Of a stretch of 64,000 bases of DNA, positions 14,470-30,299 are shown piece after piece. The DNA lies in contig OZ024750.1 of the NCBI GenBank assembly GCA_964016885.1, positions 20,212,001 to 20,276,000 on the forward strand. The letters are read 5' to 3'. The notes beneath the pieces are model-generated. The model did no database searches and had not been told where the DNA came from. It worked only from the letters and a program-made list of their open reading frames with translations. Origin of the DNA: Eledone cirrhosa. Lineage: Eukaryota. Positions within the stretch are counted from its first letter, which is position 1. The number at the start of each line of letters is the position of its first letter. Made by a program: the position numbers and the translations under genes.

Positions 14470-15086
14470 GTGTGTATGTACACACATACACACACACAAA
14501 TATATATATATATATATGTGTGTGTGTGCATATAATTAAATGAATCAGATATAAAATTATATTCCAAGACTAAAATATTAAAATTGCGTATTTGTACAGT
14601 TATAGACGAATTTTATTTCCTCTTCGATGTTAACCTGACCGTAATTAATATTATATTGACAATTATTATTATATCTGAGTTTTATTATCATTATTTTTAC
14701 TGATACATCTTAACAATAAACTTGTAAAATTATAAAGTGTAACATACTTTAATTACTTCAGTGTTTAATTGTTATAATTTATATACTGCATTTTGTGATA
14801 TCGTGTGTAAATATTCAAAAAAGATGGTAGAATTATGCCGTAAGCTGAACAAGATTTTTGAAACTTAATTCTAAAGAATATATACTCTACAACTACCACA
14901 GGAAAATACTCAATGGGAAAAAATAAATGCGGCGTTAATTACAGCTTATTAAAAAATATGTTCTGAAAGTGTAAACACTTGTTTTTTTATTTCATTTGTT
15001 TTACTCTATAAAATGCATTACGTGATGCGTAGTGAAATTCAAAGTAATCTCGAAATTTACGTTATAAGTTACATATTCCATTTCCG

Positions 15087-15420
15087 CGGTGGCAAACCCC
15101 TCGTCTAGGATGCCACTTGCACCGACACTTTCTGCCCAGCTTCTGCTGCACGTCGGGCTGAGGGGCCCAAACTCCTCAAATACCGTTCACTCTCCGACAG
15201 GTTTGCGGTCGTACCCCTGGCAGTGGAGACTTCGGGTGTCCTCTGACTCAGGGCTACCTCCTTACTCACCACCATAGGCGCTGAGCTGGCCACCCGCGGG
15301 TGTGAGCCCCGCGAGCTGGAGTGGCTTTTCCAGCGCGTCTCCCTAGCCGTCCTCCAGAGAAATGCCTACTCCATTCTGTCCGCCGGGCTGTGGGTGGGCC
15401 CCATCGCGTACCGTTGTAGT
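15087..15420 (+). mobile_element. CRE-like non-LTR retrotransposon 3' fragment (restriction-like endonuclease)
   Basis: GC-rich island translating GKPLV*DATCTDTF..AEGPKLLKYRSL..FAVVPLAVETSGVL..IGAEL..ELEWLFQRVSLAVLQRNAYSIL. This is the typical RLE C-terminus (WD.T..D, KY..L, P.A.ET.G, QR.S.A..RGNA). Confidence 0.8.
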
Positions 15421-16256
15421 TGTTGTACACAGATATTAACTCAACAATCCCATTGTCCTAGGTTACATTAAAGTTGACTATCTTAGGTTAATTCTAAAAC
15501 ATTAATTCTTACCTCTACAAGCCCCCATTGACTTATTTCGAAATAAAATTGATTTTAAACCCCAAATATCATGAATTGTAAGGTTAATATATAAATTTTG
15601 TTGTTCTTTTTATGTTTTCTTTTATTTACATTTAGCAGTGGTCTGTGCTGTGGGATATCTTGAGAGAATCCTCAAAATAAATGGGAAATAATTCTGAAAC
15701 CTCTATTATATACTTCCACACTAAGCCAGGTTGTTTCCCTCGATAATGTACTCCTGGAGACGAGCATTTATTTTCAACTACCAGTAATGCACTGGATAAT
15801 TGCTGCCCTTGTGCCAATAGTAGAAATAATTATAGTTATCTGCATTTGTATGACGATATTTTCTAATTCAACTAACAACAATGAATATACTTGGCTACAG
15901 TGTGTTGAGAAACAAAGACTTCTATATTTATGACAGTGGCTTAAATTGTAAATTCAAAACTCTACTACTGTGAACGTTACATATTAACATGACATTCATT
16001 ATATTTAAATTATTTTTTTTACAGAGTATCCGATGAAAAATGTATAATTGCATTAGTGATTAAGTTGCTAACCACATGAAACAGATGATTTAAACAATTT
16101 ATTTTTGCAATTTTTGTTTATTTTATTTATTTATCTGTTTGATAAAAGAAATATCGATTCAAATAATCATAGAAAACATGAAACAAACATTTTCATTTGC
16201 ATCTGCAATGTAAGTATATTGACTATAAATTAGATTATTGGGAGTGTAATATAATT

Positions 16257-16428
16257 GTTTCTACATTGCTGGCCGTGTGCCAAATGTACATTACTGGTAC
16301 TTTATTTTATCGACCTCGTAAGGATAAAAGGCAAAGTTAACCTCGGCGGGATTTGAACTCAGATCGTAAAGGGACGTATCTATGCTGGAAAGCATGTCCG
16401 ACTCTCTACCAATTCTGCCAATCCACCA
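16257..16428 (-). mobile_element. SINE family A with 14-bp TSD GAGTGTAATATAAT
   Basis: Direct repeat at about 16242-16255 and 16429-16442 flanking a minus-strand SINE. Confidence 0.9.
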
Positions 16429-16709
16429 GAGTGTAATATAATAGTAAGTAGAAATGTACTCATTAGACTTGAAAATAAAATTGCTGAAACCATTACAGCA
16501 AATTTCGGTGTGTTCCATACTTTACATGCATCGAAAAATAACTATGTTTGTAGTTTCTCTCTCATATAGTAGTACATTATTGTTAGTTTCGAATGGCTAG
16601 ACAGCTTCGGTTAGCAAAATATAATAATACAGTAGTGTAGTTTATTGATGCCGTTACTAAATTATATATATATAAACACCCTCCACCGGGAATGATCGAA
16701 GCATTTTAC

Positions 16710-16770
<61 letters not shown>

Positions 16771-16877
16771 TATATCACGCATCCTTCCGTGTCACCTACA
16801 GTTTGAAAATCATAGTTATTGCACCGTTAACACATTTTCTCTATATTTTTCTTGGTGTGGTATATAGAATATATAGA

Positions 16878-16909
<32 letters not shown>

Positions 16910-16914
<5 letters not shown>

Positions 16915-17040
16915 GTGTGTTGAGATACAAGGTGGACCATAGCGCACCAGAGTACTCAATACTTGGGGTAGTTGAGTGGGTAATAGTAAAATGGTCAGGA
17001 CCCCGACGGCTGAGCTCCGGCCGTTTCAACAACTAGTTCA
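16910..17040 (-). mobile_element. Family H element, copy 2
   Basis: GGTGGACCATAGCGCACCAGAGTACTCAATACTTGGGG..GGACCCCGACGGCTGAGCTCCGGCCGTTTC next to (TA)n. Confidence 0.8.
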
Positions 17041-18039
17041 GAACTCAGGAAATTTAAAGCTGACCTTTATGCAGGTTCAGCTGGCCTTCAACATAATAGC
17101 GTCACAGTATTTTTCCAGACATACTCTAGTTTTCGCGAGGAAAGTAAAAATGCCACTCCCTACTCAGGAATCCACCGTTCTGTCTTACCCCTGAATCAAA
17201 TCCATATTATGATTCAAGGTTTAGTACCATAAACACTTGAACATCTACTTTTATTTGAAACTTATTCACACGCATTTTTTATGAGCCACGTTATTTTAAT
17301 TATTCAATACTCGCAGAATGAAAACAAACAAGTAGAAATAGAAATACTAACCTGATTTCAGATGTTTCAATGTATCCGAGTACACGTGTACTATGTAACT
17401 CCATCTAAAGCTACTATAGGCCGATATATATGTTAAATTTAATAGAATATTTCTAAATAACATGCCATAATATAATTGCATCTCAATATTTCTTGTGAGA
17501 AACATCACACCAATTATCAAATATTCCAGATTCTCACTGCTATAAATTACACTTCTGTACCAGAGATCATTATTGTCGGTTGATTACTGCCAATGAAATT
17601 CATTTAGCATGTCCCTGCACAAAGTCGGTGGCAAGAATATGAGAGTAATATTTAGTATTGTTATAATAACATGACATATGCCTTAGTGCGTGAAAATACC
17701 ACGTGAATTGTTCCGACTCATTGCGTTTTGAGTTCAAACCCCGACGATATCAAATTTGTCTTTCATCGAACCTAGTGACTCTGGATTGGTGGAATTGTTA
17801 GAAGGCCGGGTGGGGAGCCTTGCGACATCAGCTCTAGTTATGTGCGAACTAAGTTCCAATCCTTCCACCTTTTGCCAGATGGACGGAAGTGCAGATTACG
17901 TAACCAACTAAATGACCAATGGAAATGTTGATTCAATTCTTCCAATCTGACTATCCACGGATTATGTTGCCAGTGTGTTACTAATATGTGACGAGATCGA
18001 CTGACGATGATCCGATTATATTTGATCAAAACATTGTCG

Positions 18040-18148
18040 TCTTCTTCTTCTTCTTCTTCTTCTTCTTCTTCTTCTTCTTCTTCTTCTTCTTCTTCTTCTT
18101 CTTCTTCTTCTTCTTCTTCTTCTTCTTCTTCTTCTTTTTCTTCTTCTT
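18040..18148. repeat. (TTC)n microsatellite
   Basis: Directly visible. Produces the poly-E ORF. Confidence 0.97.
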
Positions 18149-18884
18149 CACAATACTTTAAAATTGATCTGTGATAAAGCATGTCATGTGTATGGTAATA
18201 AATACGATTAGGACTGTTAATCATAAACCAAACGATGCAGTTTAATTGAGTTGCAAAATTGTTGAGGTTAATTACTAGAAAAAGGCAGCTTTAACGAGAG
18301 AATAGTCTTAATGAAAAACAGAAATTATGCTGTAAAGCGCTAGACACATTCACACGTAGTGTATGATACATTTCCAACGAGGTGTTTATTCCGTAAATGT
18401 TCTGTTTCAAACTAATTGTTGATTATGAGTGCAAATTATAATTTCTTCTTTCGTATCATTTACTTCATTGTAATAGCTAGTTTATAACATATTAGATATT
18501 ATAGTAATTATTACTTTCAGGGGGGAATTGTGTTATAATACGCGTTTGTGGTTTCTTGAGTTGAATAAGCGAGAGAAGTTATTTTTTACATTTATTTTCA
18601 CAAACTATTTAAAGAAAAAGAAAATATTTCAAATCATCGTTATCATCATCATCATCATCATTATCATCATAATCATCATAATCATAATCCTCCGCAGTCA
18701 TATGCGCCCGTATTCCACGCTGGCTTGGTGTTAATCAGTAAGACCAGGCGTATCTTGAGCTCAATCCCTACTCATACGATGAAGTGCGGTGAGGTTTCTA
18801 CAGTTGCATATCTCCCTAATACATATCAATATTTATTTTTATTTTTCTATATATGCATAATTATATATATATATATATATATAA

Positions 18885-19012
18885 GGGAAAAAATGAAATC
18901 GAAAATGCAACTGGAGTCTTTTTAAGAATATTTATTTATTTCCTTTACCGGTTTCATAGTTCGTATGCTATTCAAAATTAGAATTGAGATGGAGAGTTTG
19001 TGGTTTTTATTT
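18885..19012 (-). mobile_element. Small (TA)n-associated element family J (degenerate hammerhead-like GAAACCGGTA)
   Basis: ATGAAATCGAAAATGCAACTGGAGTC..CCTTTACCGGTTTC..TTGAGATGGAG, shared with 27100-27245 and 40860-41186. Confidence 0.75.
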
Positions 19013-19219
19013 CATCTCTCTCTCTCTCTCACTCTCTCTATCTCTCTCTCTCTCTCTATGTATATATATATATATGAACTCTGTTCATGTTTATCATCAC
19101 AGTCAGTTTGTTTCTCATATCGGATGCAGGGTAAGTAAGAAATACACGGGAAGTATAAAGTCTTACGTGTATTTTCTAGGATTGAATGATTTGGGCTGGC
19201 CTTCACGTTTTGAGACTAG

Positions 19220-21430
19220 ATATCTCGTATAATCAGATTTTACTCATAACTGTTAGTTACTCTTGGTTTCTAGAGGACAATGTCCTTCCTAACTCCAAAC
19301 ACTTTAAATTGTGTACTAAATCAATTTTACCCACATATTTTCCACTTTCATATGAAATGTATTACATTACTGTCTTCATACCATTGTCAGTTTGAATATA
19401 CTATCACATTGAATCTATTTTCATCGTTCAGGACACAATTGTCTGCTATTTTGAAAATCATTTTAACCCTAAAAAATATAAAACATACAGTGAAGGAGTA
19501 AATTGTGGTTTTGTTTACTTTCTATTAATTTACGCTTGTTTTCTTTCTTTTCTTTCAAGGTTGTACGATTTTCCCAGCGAAATTCTTAATGTAACGGAAT
19601 AATAATATCAGTGCATCATTATAAATAATAGCTAAGAAAGTAGGGTAAAGGTTAAAGGTGGTAGAGCATTTGCGAGGAATCGATCACCGTGTATCTTTAA
19701 TGTTGGCCGTTTGTGTTAACCATTAAAATACCTTGCACAATTAGGAAAATTGAAATGCTATCTTCCAAATATTAATTTCTGTAATATTACAGGATTGCTA
19801 TAAATAATGACTGGGGATCTCGGTCAAATTAGCACTTAAGACGGAACAACCTGGTCAGAGTCACCTGCCAGGTATGCAATCAAGCGACACACAGATGCAT
19901 TTACGTGTGGGGTGGCATTTAAAATGAAGATAGGACATATTTGATACAATATTTGCAAATTTAGTTTTGATGTTAGTATTATTTAATGAAAATATACTCA
20001 TTTGACAATGAAGATATCATGTAAAATGATTAAAGACACCTTTAACGACACATTTAAATATATTATTTTCCCGCAAATTATCAGTTACAAAGCATTGGTT
20101 GAATATAAAGGCAAATTATAATATCTTCTTTCGTCTCATTTATTTCATAACCCTTTAGATATTATAGTTAGTTATACCATATAAGATATTATAGTAATTA
20201 CTACTTCCAAGAGAGACATGTTATAATACACTTATTTGGCTTCATTTGTTGAATTAAACAAAGGTATTTGCCATAAGAATTGGTTCCATATAGCCCGCAA
20301 TTTACATCGCTCGTGTTAAATTCCTTCTGTGAATTAAATATATATCTTTTTAAATTTGACGACGACAACATTTTCTACACAACATATGATAATTTCCCCC
20401 TCTTCTTCATTAATTAAGGCTGCTCTAAATATGAAATAAACCTTGGCATTATTTACACATGAGATCATCAAAATAATTTGTCATTTTAATTGAAATTATA
20501 TTAAAAAATATATATCATTACCGTCATAGACGTGTTTCACATCATCATCATTAATATGATAATCATTATTACTATTTCTCGTTTAACACCGGAAACATAT
20601 CAACACCGAAAACACCAACGAAATTGTGTTCAACACGTGGTACATAAACGCCATACATACGCACCTTCCAACGCTTTTACAAACGTATACACCAATGAAA
20701 ACATTGTATTCATCAATGTCCACACCAACATTAAATTCAAGACAACACTTCTTCTAAGCTGGTTCTTAATTATATTCACACATCTAATGAATCTAAAATT
20801 CTGTTGTGCTTTAGAGCTAATTCTAATTAAAAAAACAAACAGTATATAATTCATTTTCACACAAGCTGTTTTTTTTTATTACCAACATTTTCTGAAGTTA
20901 ATTAAATGTGTGGTATAGTATATTCACTAAAGCAACACACATTTTCACAGACATGTATTTGATAGAGCTAACCAATTTCGTTTAACTTTTTGTTTACGTT
21001 GTTGTTACTATTAATTTGATTGTAGTGGCTATAACAATATTGTAAACTTATCCACGTCTAAATGAAATCATATTCAAAATTGAAATTTTAACATATCAAT
21101 GGTAACAATAATTTAGCATATAAAACTTCGCTCACTTATTCCGTTACGTAAATACTAGTACGGAATACAAACTATATATTGAATAGATTTTATATGCTCA
21201 TTTTTCTCCATGCCGTAAACTTACCAAAGGTTTTCATTTTTACCTGAACCCCATCTGTAATTTATATTGCTGATATGGGTCTATATATGTATGTTTCGGA
21301 ATAATATTAAAAGTTATAACTAAAATACTTATAAAATAAAAAGAAAATGCTAATAGTTCGTACCTCACGATGGAGTTATAAGGCTCCCTTGCTGACACGT
21401 GCCGTGTCATATGTATTGTTAAACTTTGAT
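19220..21430 (-). pseudogene. Decayed protocadherin-like relic D (EC2 to EC6); 5' end lost at the (TA)n/Penelope insertion
   Basis: [12 protein letters not shown] (~21355-21390). ORF 20630 KMNY..ISSKAQQNFRF..YTFVKALEG (cf. YKLYVEATDGG). One frame over 19220-19520 gives IYSFTV..CVLNDENR..ICG*N..NSYE*NLIIRD (cf. IYKFQV..VRDENDN..GSYELQFIVKD). Confidence 0.6.
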
Positions 21431-21480
21431 AGTTTATTGGTTTACATATATATATACACACACACATATATATATAAATA

Positions 21481-21536
<56 letters not shown>

Positions 21537-21606
21537 AATATATATATTTATATATATATAAATATATATATATATATGTATGTATATATATATATATATA
21601 TGTATG

Positions 21607-21708
<102 letters not shown>

Positions 21709-21722
21709 TATATATATATATG

Positions 21723-21768
<46 letters not shown>

Positions 21769-21786
21769 AATATATATATATATATG

Positions 21787-21866
<80 letters not shown>

Positions 21867-21929
21867 AATATATATATACATACAGATATATATATATTTA
21901 TATATATATGTATGTATATATATATATAA

Positions 21930-22640
21930 ATTTTCCCCCTCCCCCCTTCTCACAAATACCATGGTATTTTTAATAAAAATGTTATTAAACTCTCATTCTC
22001 TACCACCTCTAATATTAGTTCTCATTTAGCTAGCACTAATAATAGGAAAATTAGGGATGGATTCTCCTCTCTACATACTACTAGTCTGAATGCATCGGAC
22101 AATGCTTTACCACCAGAACAGTCCTTATCTAATAGAGGTCCTACGTGTAATACATCACCACTCGAGCCAACCAGTAACACCCGGAAGTGCAATTGTAGAG
22201 TGAGCGCTAACTGCCCTTTAAACGGTAACTGCCTTTCTAAGAACATTGTCTACGCTTGCGAGGTTATAACTAATTCCTCTAAAAGAACGTATATAGGATC
22301 TACTTCAAACACTTTTAAGACTAGGTTTAACTCTCATATCTCTAACTTCAAACATGTTAGGTTTAAGAATTCTACCTCTCTAGCGCATTATATCTGGGAT
22401 CTTAAGGGAGCTTATATACCATATAGCCTTAACTGGAGTTTAGTAGCACGATCTAACCACCTTTCTGCACATAGTAAGTTTTGTAATCTCTGTATACTTG
22501 AGACACACTCTATTATTTTCTCTAGCGTACCCTTACTGAATAGAAAGTCTGAGATATTCTCTTCTTGCCCCCATGCCATTTCTAATTCTTATTTTTATTA
22601 TAAACCCAAATATTCTAGTAGTACAAATTGTACCCATTAG
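21930..22640 (+). CDS. Penelope-like element ORF, C-terminal part: RT thumb end, linker and GIY-YIG endonuclease (5'-truncated, no stops)
   Basis: Open frame from 21930: [84 protein letters not shown]. This is the diagnostic PLE GIY-YIG with a Cys-rich linker. Confidence 0.92.
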   Translation: MFPLPPSHKYHGIFNKNVIKLSFSTTSNISSHLASTNNRKIRDGFSSLHTTSLNASDNALPPEQSLSNRGPTCNTSPLEPTSNTRKCNCRVSANCPLNGNCLSKNIVYACEVITNSSKRTYIGSTSNTFKTRFNSHISNFKHVRFKNSTSLAHYIWDLKGAYIPYSLNWSLVARSNHLSAHSKFCNLCILETHSIIFSSVPLLNRKSEIFSSCPHAISNSYFYYKPKYSSSTNCTH

Positions 22641-24620
22641 CAGATATATTCCATTACTTAGTTTTTTGTTAGGGTTCTTTTGTTTGCCAACATTAATGTT
22701 ATCATTGGTTTTTGATGACTCTTCTTTCCAGCTCTCATAATCATTTGGCCACTGTACCATATCTATGTCTTCACTATTACACATAAGATTACACACTTTA
22801 CGCCACTTACGTTATTCTATTATTATCTTTTTATTTTTTTATTATTATTAACTTTAATTTTAATTTTAATTTTATTTTTATTTTTAATTCTATTTTTATT
22901 TTTATTTCTAAGTCTATTCTGATTTATCTATCGGCAACCCCCCCCCCCTTTCTACCCCCCCTTCCCCCCATGCACACATAAACTTATTGTCAACCCCTCC
23001 AGATTGAATATGATTATATTTAACCCCCCCCCCTCTTTTATGCTCCGTTCTATTATTTATTATAGTATATCGAATATAGTTTATGCCACTTCGCACCCTC
23101 CATATATTTTGTCAATTCTGTCCCCATTAGCCTACCTTAACTCTACTTAAGTCAGTTTTTTAGATATCGTTACGTATATGATAGTATAGTTTTATTCCTT
23201 TTTGTAAACATTTGTAACGATACATTAAAGTTTATATACTTTAATGACTTAAACTACAGCTAATATTATACAACCTTATTGGACGGGTTCGATATTTTTA
23301 ATATTAATTTATCAAATAGGGTTTGGAGTCATTTAAAATGGTGTTTACCTAATTTCTTAAATGCACGCGAGGCCTAAATGTGTATACATTTGCTTTTGTT
23401 TTGTAATTTCCGGTTGATTGTATTTATTTGTTTTATTCTATATTCTATTTACTATTCACTGTCTGGCTTCGCTCACTCATCCACATATGTCTGTCTACTA
23501 ACCTTGTAATTATAAGTATTTATATATTTTATGCCAATTTTAAAATATATTATATTATATTGTATGTTATATAGATCATTATTACTTACTGTTCATTATA
23601 TATAACATTATGATATTTAAATTTATATATCATGTAAGATGTCTCGATTTTTTTTTTAATATTATAATATGTAACATTATGATATTTAGACTTTACATAT
23701 CATGTTAGATGTCTGTATATATTTTTTTCTGTAACATCATATTTTTTTCTGTAACATCTTAATTTTTCCCTGTACCATTATAGTTTTTTTGAGTATTATA
23801 TGATTTATATTCCCTCATTTATTCTGTAACCCAGTATGAATCAATCTGTATATATTGTTCATGGTACATGTTAATATACTGTTAACATTTTATCATTGTA
23901 TTTCATTGTGACATCTATATTGTTTCTGTAAATTAACCGGGGATTATCTATTCTATTTTATTATATTATATTGAATTATATAATTTTGTTGTTTATTATT
24001 TGTTATATGTGTTTCTTGTAATTATATCATATTATTGCCTCATGTATATTGGGTAGATGTATTAGTATTATTTTCACTATTACCATGCTTATTTTTAATA
24101 TTCAAACTTCTGATAGGGCTTAATTTCTGTGTAGTCGAACATAGATATGAGTGTTGTTATATATGTGTGTGTGTGTGTGTGCGCACATATATACATGTAT
24201 ATATTGTACCTTTTGATTTTTTATTTGGAATTTTAATGTTGGTAAAAGTATATTATTATTATATTGTATTATATTGTGTTATATATAATTCCTGCTCTAT
24301 ATAACCAAATTTGTTTAGATTTAGGTTGGTTGCTTTGGACTATATTTGTAATATGTTTCTTAATGTTATCTACATCCTTAGTTATTCTTATTATATATTT
24401 TTATTATTTTTATCTTTATTTTCATTTTTATTATCGTATATCTTTGTAAGACATTAGTGTATGTACACTCCATATTCTTCAGAGTTTCTGGCTTGTATCT
24501 GCCGATATTACCTCTTGTTGTTTTGATTGCCCTGATGAGTCCTTAATAGGACGAAACATTGTCGGCTAATAAAAACTTTTGATGTATTAAAGGATTCTTT
24601 GTTTTACTCTCTTAATTTAT
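21931..24620 (+). mobile_element. 5'-truncated Penelope-like retroelement with ~2 kb T-rich 3' region, inserted in (TA)n
   Basis: GIY-YIG ORF, T-rich UTR, terminal hammerhead followed by AATAAA, and (TA)n on both sides. Confidence 0.8.
24526..24569 (+). ncRNA. Minimal type-I hammerhead ribozyme (Penelope pLTR type)
   Basis: GCC-CTGATGA-GTCC-TTAATA-GGAC-GAAAC-ATT-GTC-GGC: perfect core, 4-bp stem II, GUC cleavage site, stem I GCC/GGC, immediately followed by AATAAA. Confidence 0.9.
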
Positions 24621-24726
24621 ATATATATATATGTATGTATGTATATATATAAATATATAGATATCCGGATTACATTGAGTTCTTCATACGGATTGGACAC
24701 TACCGTAAACTTTTGGTAGATTTATC

Positions 24727-24869
<143 letters not shown>

Positions 24870-24887
24870 ATATATATATATATGTAC

Positions 24888-25318
<431 letters not shown>

Positions 25319-25491
25319 TTTATTATTACTCCAAGTGTTTACAACATAGGAATTACAGCGTAATCGCAACATCGCTATGGAAACGCCTTGTTGAGTCAAA
25401 CTTAGCCAAGCGTCGATATCATCCACTACCCGGAGTACCATAACTGGACTACACTTAAGTGGACTACCTATAACAATAATTTGTTACCCCG

Positions 25492-25593
<102 letters not shown>

Positions 25594-26406
25594 TACTTAT
25601 TTACCTTAAGGTATTCGTGACTTTCCTAATAAATTAAGCAGGAAGAGAGAGTAAATATGAAAATGTGGGGTTAAAATAAAAAAACGGATTCCAGAACAGT
25701 GGGTGCAAAAGCTAAACACGTGGCTAGGTAGTATATCTTAGCTCTACCTCGCCCAAATGATGATAAAAGCATTCCCAGTCCATCAACTATTGCAGGTAAC
25801 AATGTTCATTTTTCAGGTGAGTTACATGTATCCTGTTCTTGCGGAGGAAAACGAGAGTCCGGTTATCTTGTAGACCGAAGGAGACAACGGCAATATGTAT
25901 TAAAGGAAGTATTCAGTCAAAGATCTGAATCAGATTATCTCCCCTTGTATGAGTGTGTAAGGTTGAAACCGCAGAATATCTCGCAGTTTGTGTCAGCCTA
26001 GATTAATGGTTTACTCCTTTCAAATTTGAAAGTGTCTACCCTCTCTAAAGGTCTAAAGAAACCTGTTGTATCAGGTTTCCATCTAAGAATATCAGTCAAT
26101 GTGAAGCACTAAGTGAATCAACCTACACGGCCACGAGAAGAGAACGGATGCAGTCGGAGATCAACAACCAAGGTTCCACAATGGGTTTGTGTGGGGCACT
26201 CATGCGCATGATGATTGAGCACAGATTATCTATTTTTCTCATAAATAAATAAATAAATAAATAGTCGGCCTGATTTTCATTTTAGCAAACTGACGGTAAT
26301 TAGATGGTGATTAACACACTTAGTATTCTAATAAATAAATATATATAACTATATAACTATATATATATATATTTAAATATACATATATATATATATATAT
26401 ACATGC

Positions 26407-27362
<956 letters not shown>

Positions 27363-27364
27363 CC

Positions 27365-27665
27365 ACCGTGTAATCACAAATGCATTATATTCTAAACTCA
27401 GAAAGATACTTAAATTGTGAAATAATATTGGGAGACATCAATTTTAAATTAAAAAAAGAATGGAATCGAATGTAATCTTAATTATAGAAGAGGATATTAG
27501 ACATTGAATATTTGTGAAATCTCTTTCACATTCACTACCACCCACTTTCTCTCTCACTTCCTCTCACATTCTATACCATTTCAATAGAACTTTGTTACAG
27601 CCTGGCTTTACATAAATCCTATCAACGCTCTCTCACTCTCTTTATATCTCTTCTCTCTCTCTCGC

Positions 27666-27709
<44 letters not shown>

Positions 27710-29029
27710 TCTCTTTTTCTCTCTCTTTCTCACTCGCTCTTTCCCTCACACATACATAGACACACACAGAGGCATTCACGTTTAACATCTTCCAGTACGA
27801 CAGTCGTTTTACACGACAAATACAACAGCTTAAATATAATTGATACATTGTATGACATGTGAGAGAGAAATTAAATGAATTTAAGCTGCTCCTTATTTGA
27901 CCATTCTACAGAAAATCATGAACTGTATTTTCTTGTCTCATGATCAAGATACTGAATTTTCAGATTTTAAAAGAATTTAATTGTGAAAAATATTTAAAAA
28001 ATATATACTCACCTTCAAACTTACACACACACCCGGAGACTGTCATTAACACACACAGACCCACTCATACACTATGTGATAAGCACACAAGTCCAGTTTC
28101 ACAATCATGCACAGTGATACACTCGGTCATACACGGCGCTCTCGTGTACATATCCAATATGCATTCCATGTTGCTGTTTTCCTTTCCAAGATATGAGATC
28201 TGCACTAAAATCGAATGGCTTCCTGGTGCCATGTTTAATATGATATTGTGTGAGCCAGCAACATCAACCTCTATCATACTGACATGGTAAGTTATCCTCA
28301 AGAATAATGTATTCACAAGATCGAAATTTTCTAAACAAACGACTGTATTTCTCTAATTCCAGAAAATTTCCTCACACAAATTTTACACATATCTGCCATA
28401 ACATGCTTTGGTCAGTGTTCTCGTAGAATCGACAAAATAATCTATATGGACAGGCTTAGCACATCGCTTGGTTCAAAATATAGAATATCCACCACAAGAT
28501 ATCTGCAGATTTCTGCCAAGAAGTGTCTTGTTTCGCAGTCTAGTTCATGATTTCAAAGGAACTATAGGTTTGTGAACTTAGTAGAACAGTTAGGCTCCCA
28601 GCAAAACCTGCTTCTTGCACACAATACATGGCGCGAAAGCACGTAGTTAAATAAAAGTGTTCTGGTTACGTACGTAACATCGGGAATCAATGCCTTAGCA
28701 TAAAGGTGTTACAAACTGAAAACTGTGGCTACGTAAAAGAATGCCTCTACAACAATCAGAATACAAACAGGTTAATACGAACCTGGAACTAGTCGATAGA
28801 TATTATAAAATATCTTCCAATTGTTTCTGTGAAATCCTAAATCAACAATCCAAATTACGTAATGCGCAAGGTTGTACTATATTAAGATCGAACGCGGAAA
28901 CACTTTATCAACAGGAATTTAGCTCTGTGTGCCAACCCCTGTATGGAATGTGACTATTTCTAAAATTATGGTACCAACTATAACATCACGGGCACGTGTT
29001 CTTTCTCAAGGAAAGAAATCATTTCACAG

Positions 29030-29086
<57 letters not shown>

Positions 29087-29088
29087 AA

Positions 29089-29119
<31 letters not shown>

Positions 29120-29400
29120 CATCATGTGTTTGTGTCTAAATTCAATTTCTTGTATTTATTATCTTGTGGATAGATATTTTGTGAAGATCATTGAAATTGT
29201 TCTCAATGTAGATTGCCATAGCTCTACTATACTGCTAGTATCTTAGGAAGCTTTCATACTTTTATTCTTCTGAACATGCCATTGTATTTGAGTGGATGAG
29301 GCATTCCTTTGTTCCGAAATGTCGTAGGTTTCTGCTGCTATGGATCTTATTACTTTTCAAACTTGAATCGCAAGAGAATATCATTTGAATGAAGAGAATA
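27365..29400 (+). pseudogene. Decayed protocadherin-like relic E (EC2 to TM)
   Basis: KKRMESNVILIIEEDIRH (~27450). EFKLLL..LMIKILNFQ (~27880-27963). KFSKQTTVF/LIPENF (~28324-28370). LVHDF/QRNYRFVNLVEQLG at ~28540-28597 (cf. LDHEFQNIYKFQVFVKDNG). STGI. IEIVLNV. Hydrophobic end near 29270-29370. Confidence 0.55.
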
Positions 29401-29560
29401 AGCGTATACACGCGCAAATACGCACACCTCCACACAAGACCCCACACACACTCACGCACACACTCACACACACGAACAGACACGCACACACATTCACATT
29501 CAATTATATATATTACATATATTTTATGTTCATACACAGATCAAAATTATATATATATAT

Positions 29561-29727
<167 letters not shown>

Positions 29728-30299
29728 TGAGGAGAGAGTGAGAGAGAGAGATTAACGTATACCCGTGTTTCTCTAAATAACAAGAGCTTCCATGCCACAC
29801 GAATGGCCCGCACAGATCTTTGCGGTCTTCGAGGCCATGGTATAACCTACCTATCATATCCTTATATGTATAGATAGAGTCATGGGTATGAAACAAATGT
29901 CTCGAGTATTTTGATCCTCGTAAAGGCCATATACCTTTAGTTTAAACACAGTCAATTTTTCTTACAGCATCAAAGATAATTATATAATGAGAAAATTGTG
30001 AAAGAGAGAGAACAACTGAGAAAAGGATATAGAGGGGGAATTAATCCCAACTCTGAATTAGTATTTCATTTATCGTCTTTGAAAGAATGAAAGGCACAGT
30101 TAACCTTGACGAGATATGAATTCACAGTGCAGTGATATGGAACTAATACCGAGGCAATTGTAATACGACGCCCAAACGACTCAGCCAATTTGTCTGAATT
30201 ACCAATTAAGAAATTCGTTATCCGTCCCCCGAAAATTAATTTCTAAGCTACTGGACCAATTCCACATACTGCTAGCGATAAAACCTATTTTCTAGTATT

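Larger units (their letters stand above)
15450..18400 (-). pseudogene. Decayed protocadherin-like relic C (EC2 to EC6)
   Basis: ORF 17838 HILVTHWQHNPWIV (cf. HISVTDVNDNPPVF). STDNND..LTY../IVALDG. RVLNN*NNVA at 17283-17313 (cf. VINQQNNAP). DSGVRQNGG. FDACKVWNTPKF (~16500-16535). IEVFV. LTLQFM. Interrupted by (TTC)n, SINEs and family H. Confidence 0.55.

Noticed and set aside
17838-18224. Poly-glutamate ORF
   Set aside because: (TTC)n expansion inside relic C, not an acidic protein.
22935-23035. Poly-C tracts (potential minus-strand G-quadruplex)
   Set aside because: They lie in the Penelope 3' region, with no evidence of function from sequence alone.
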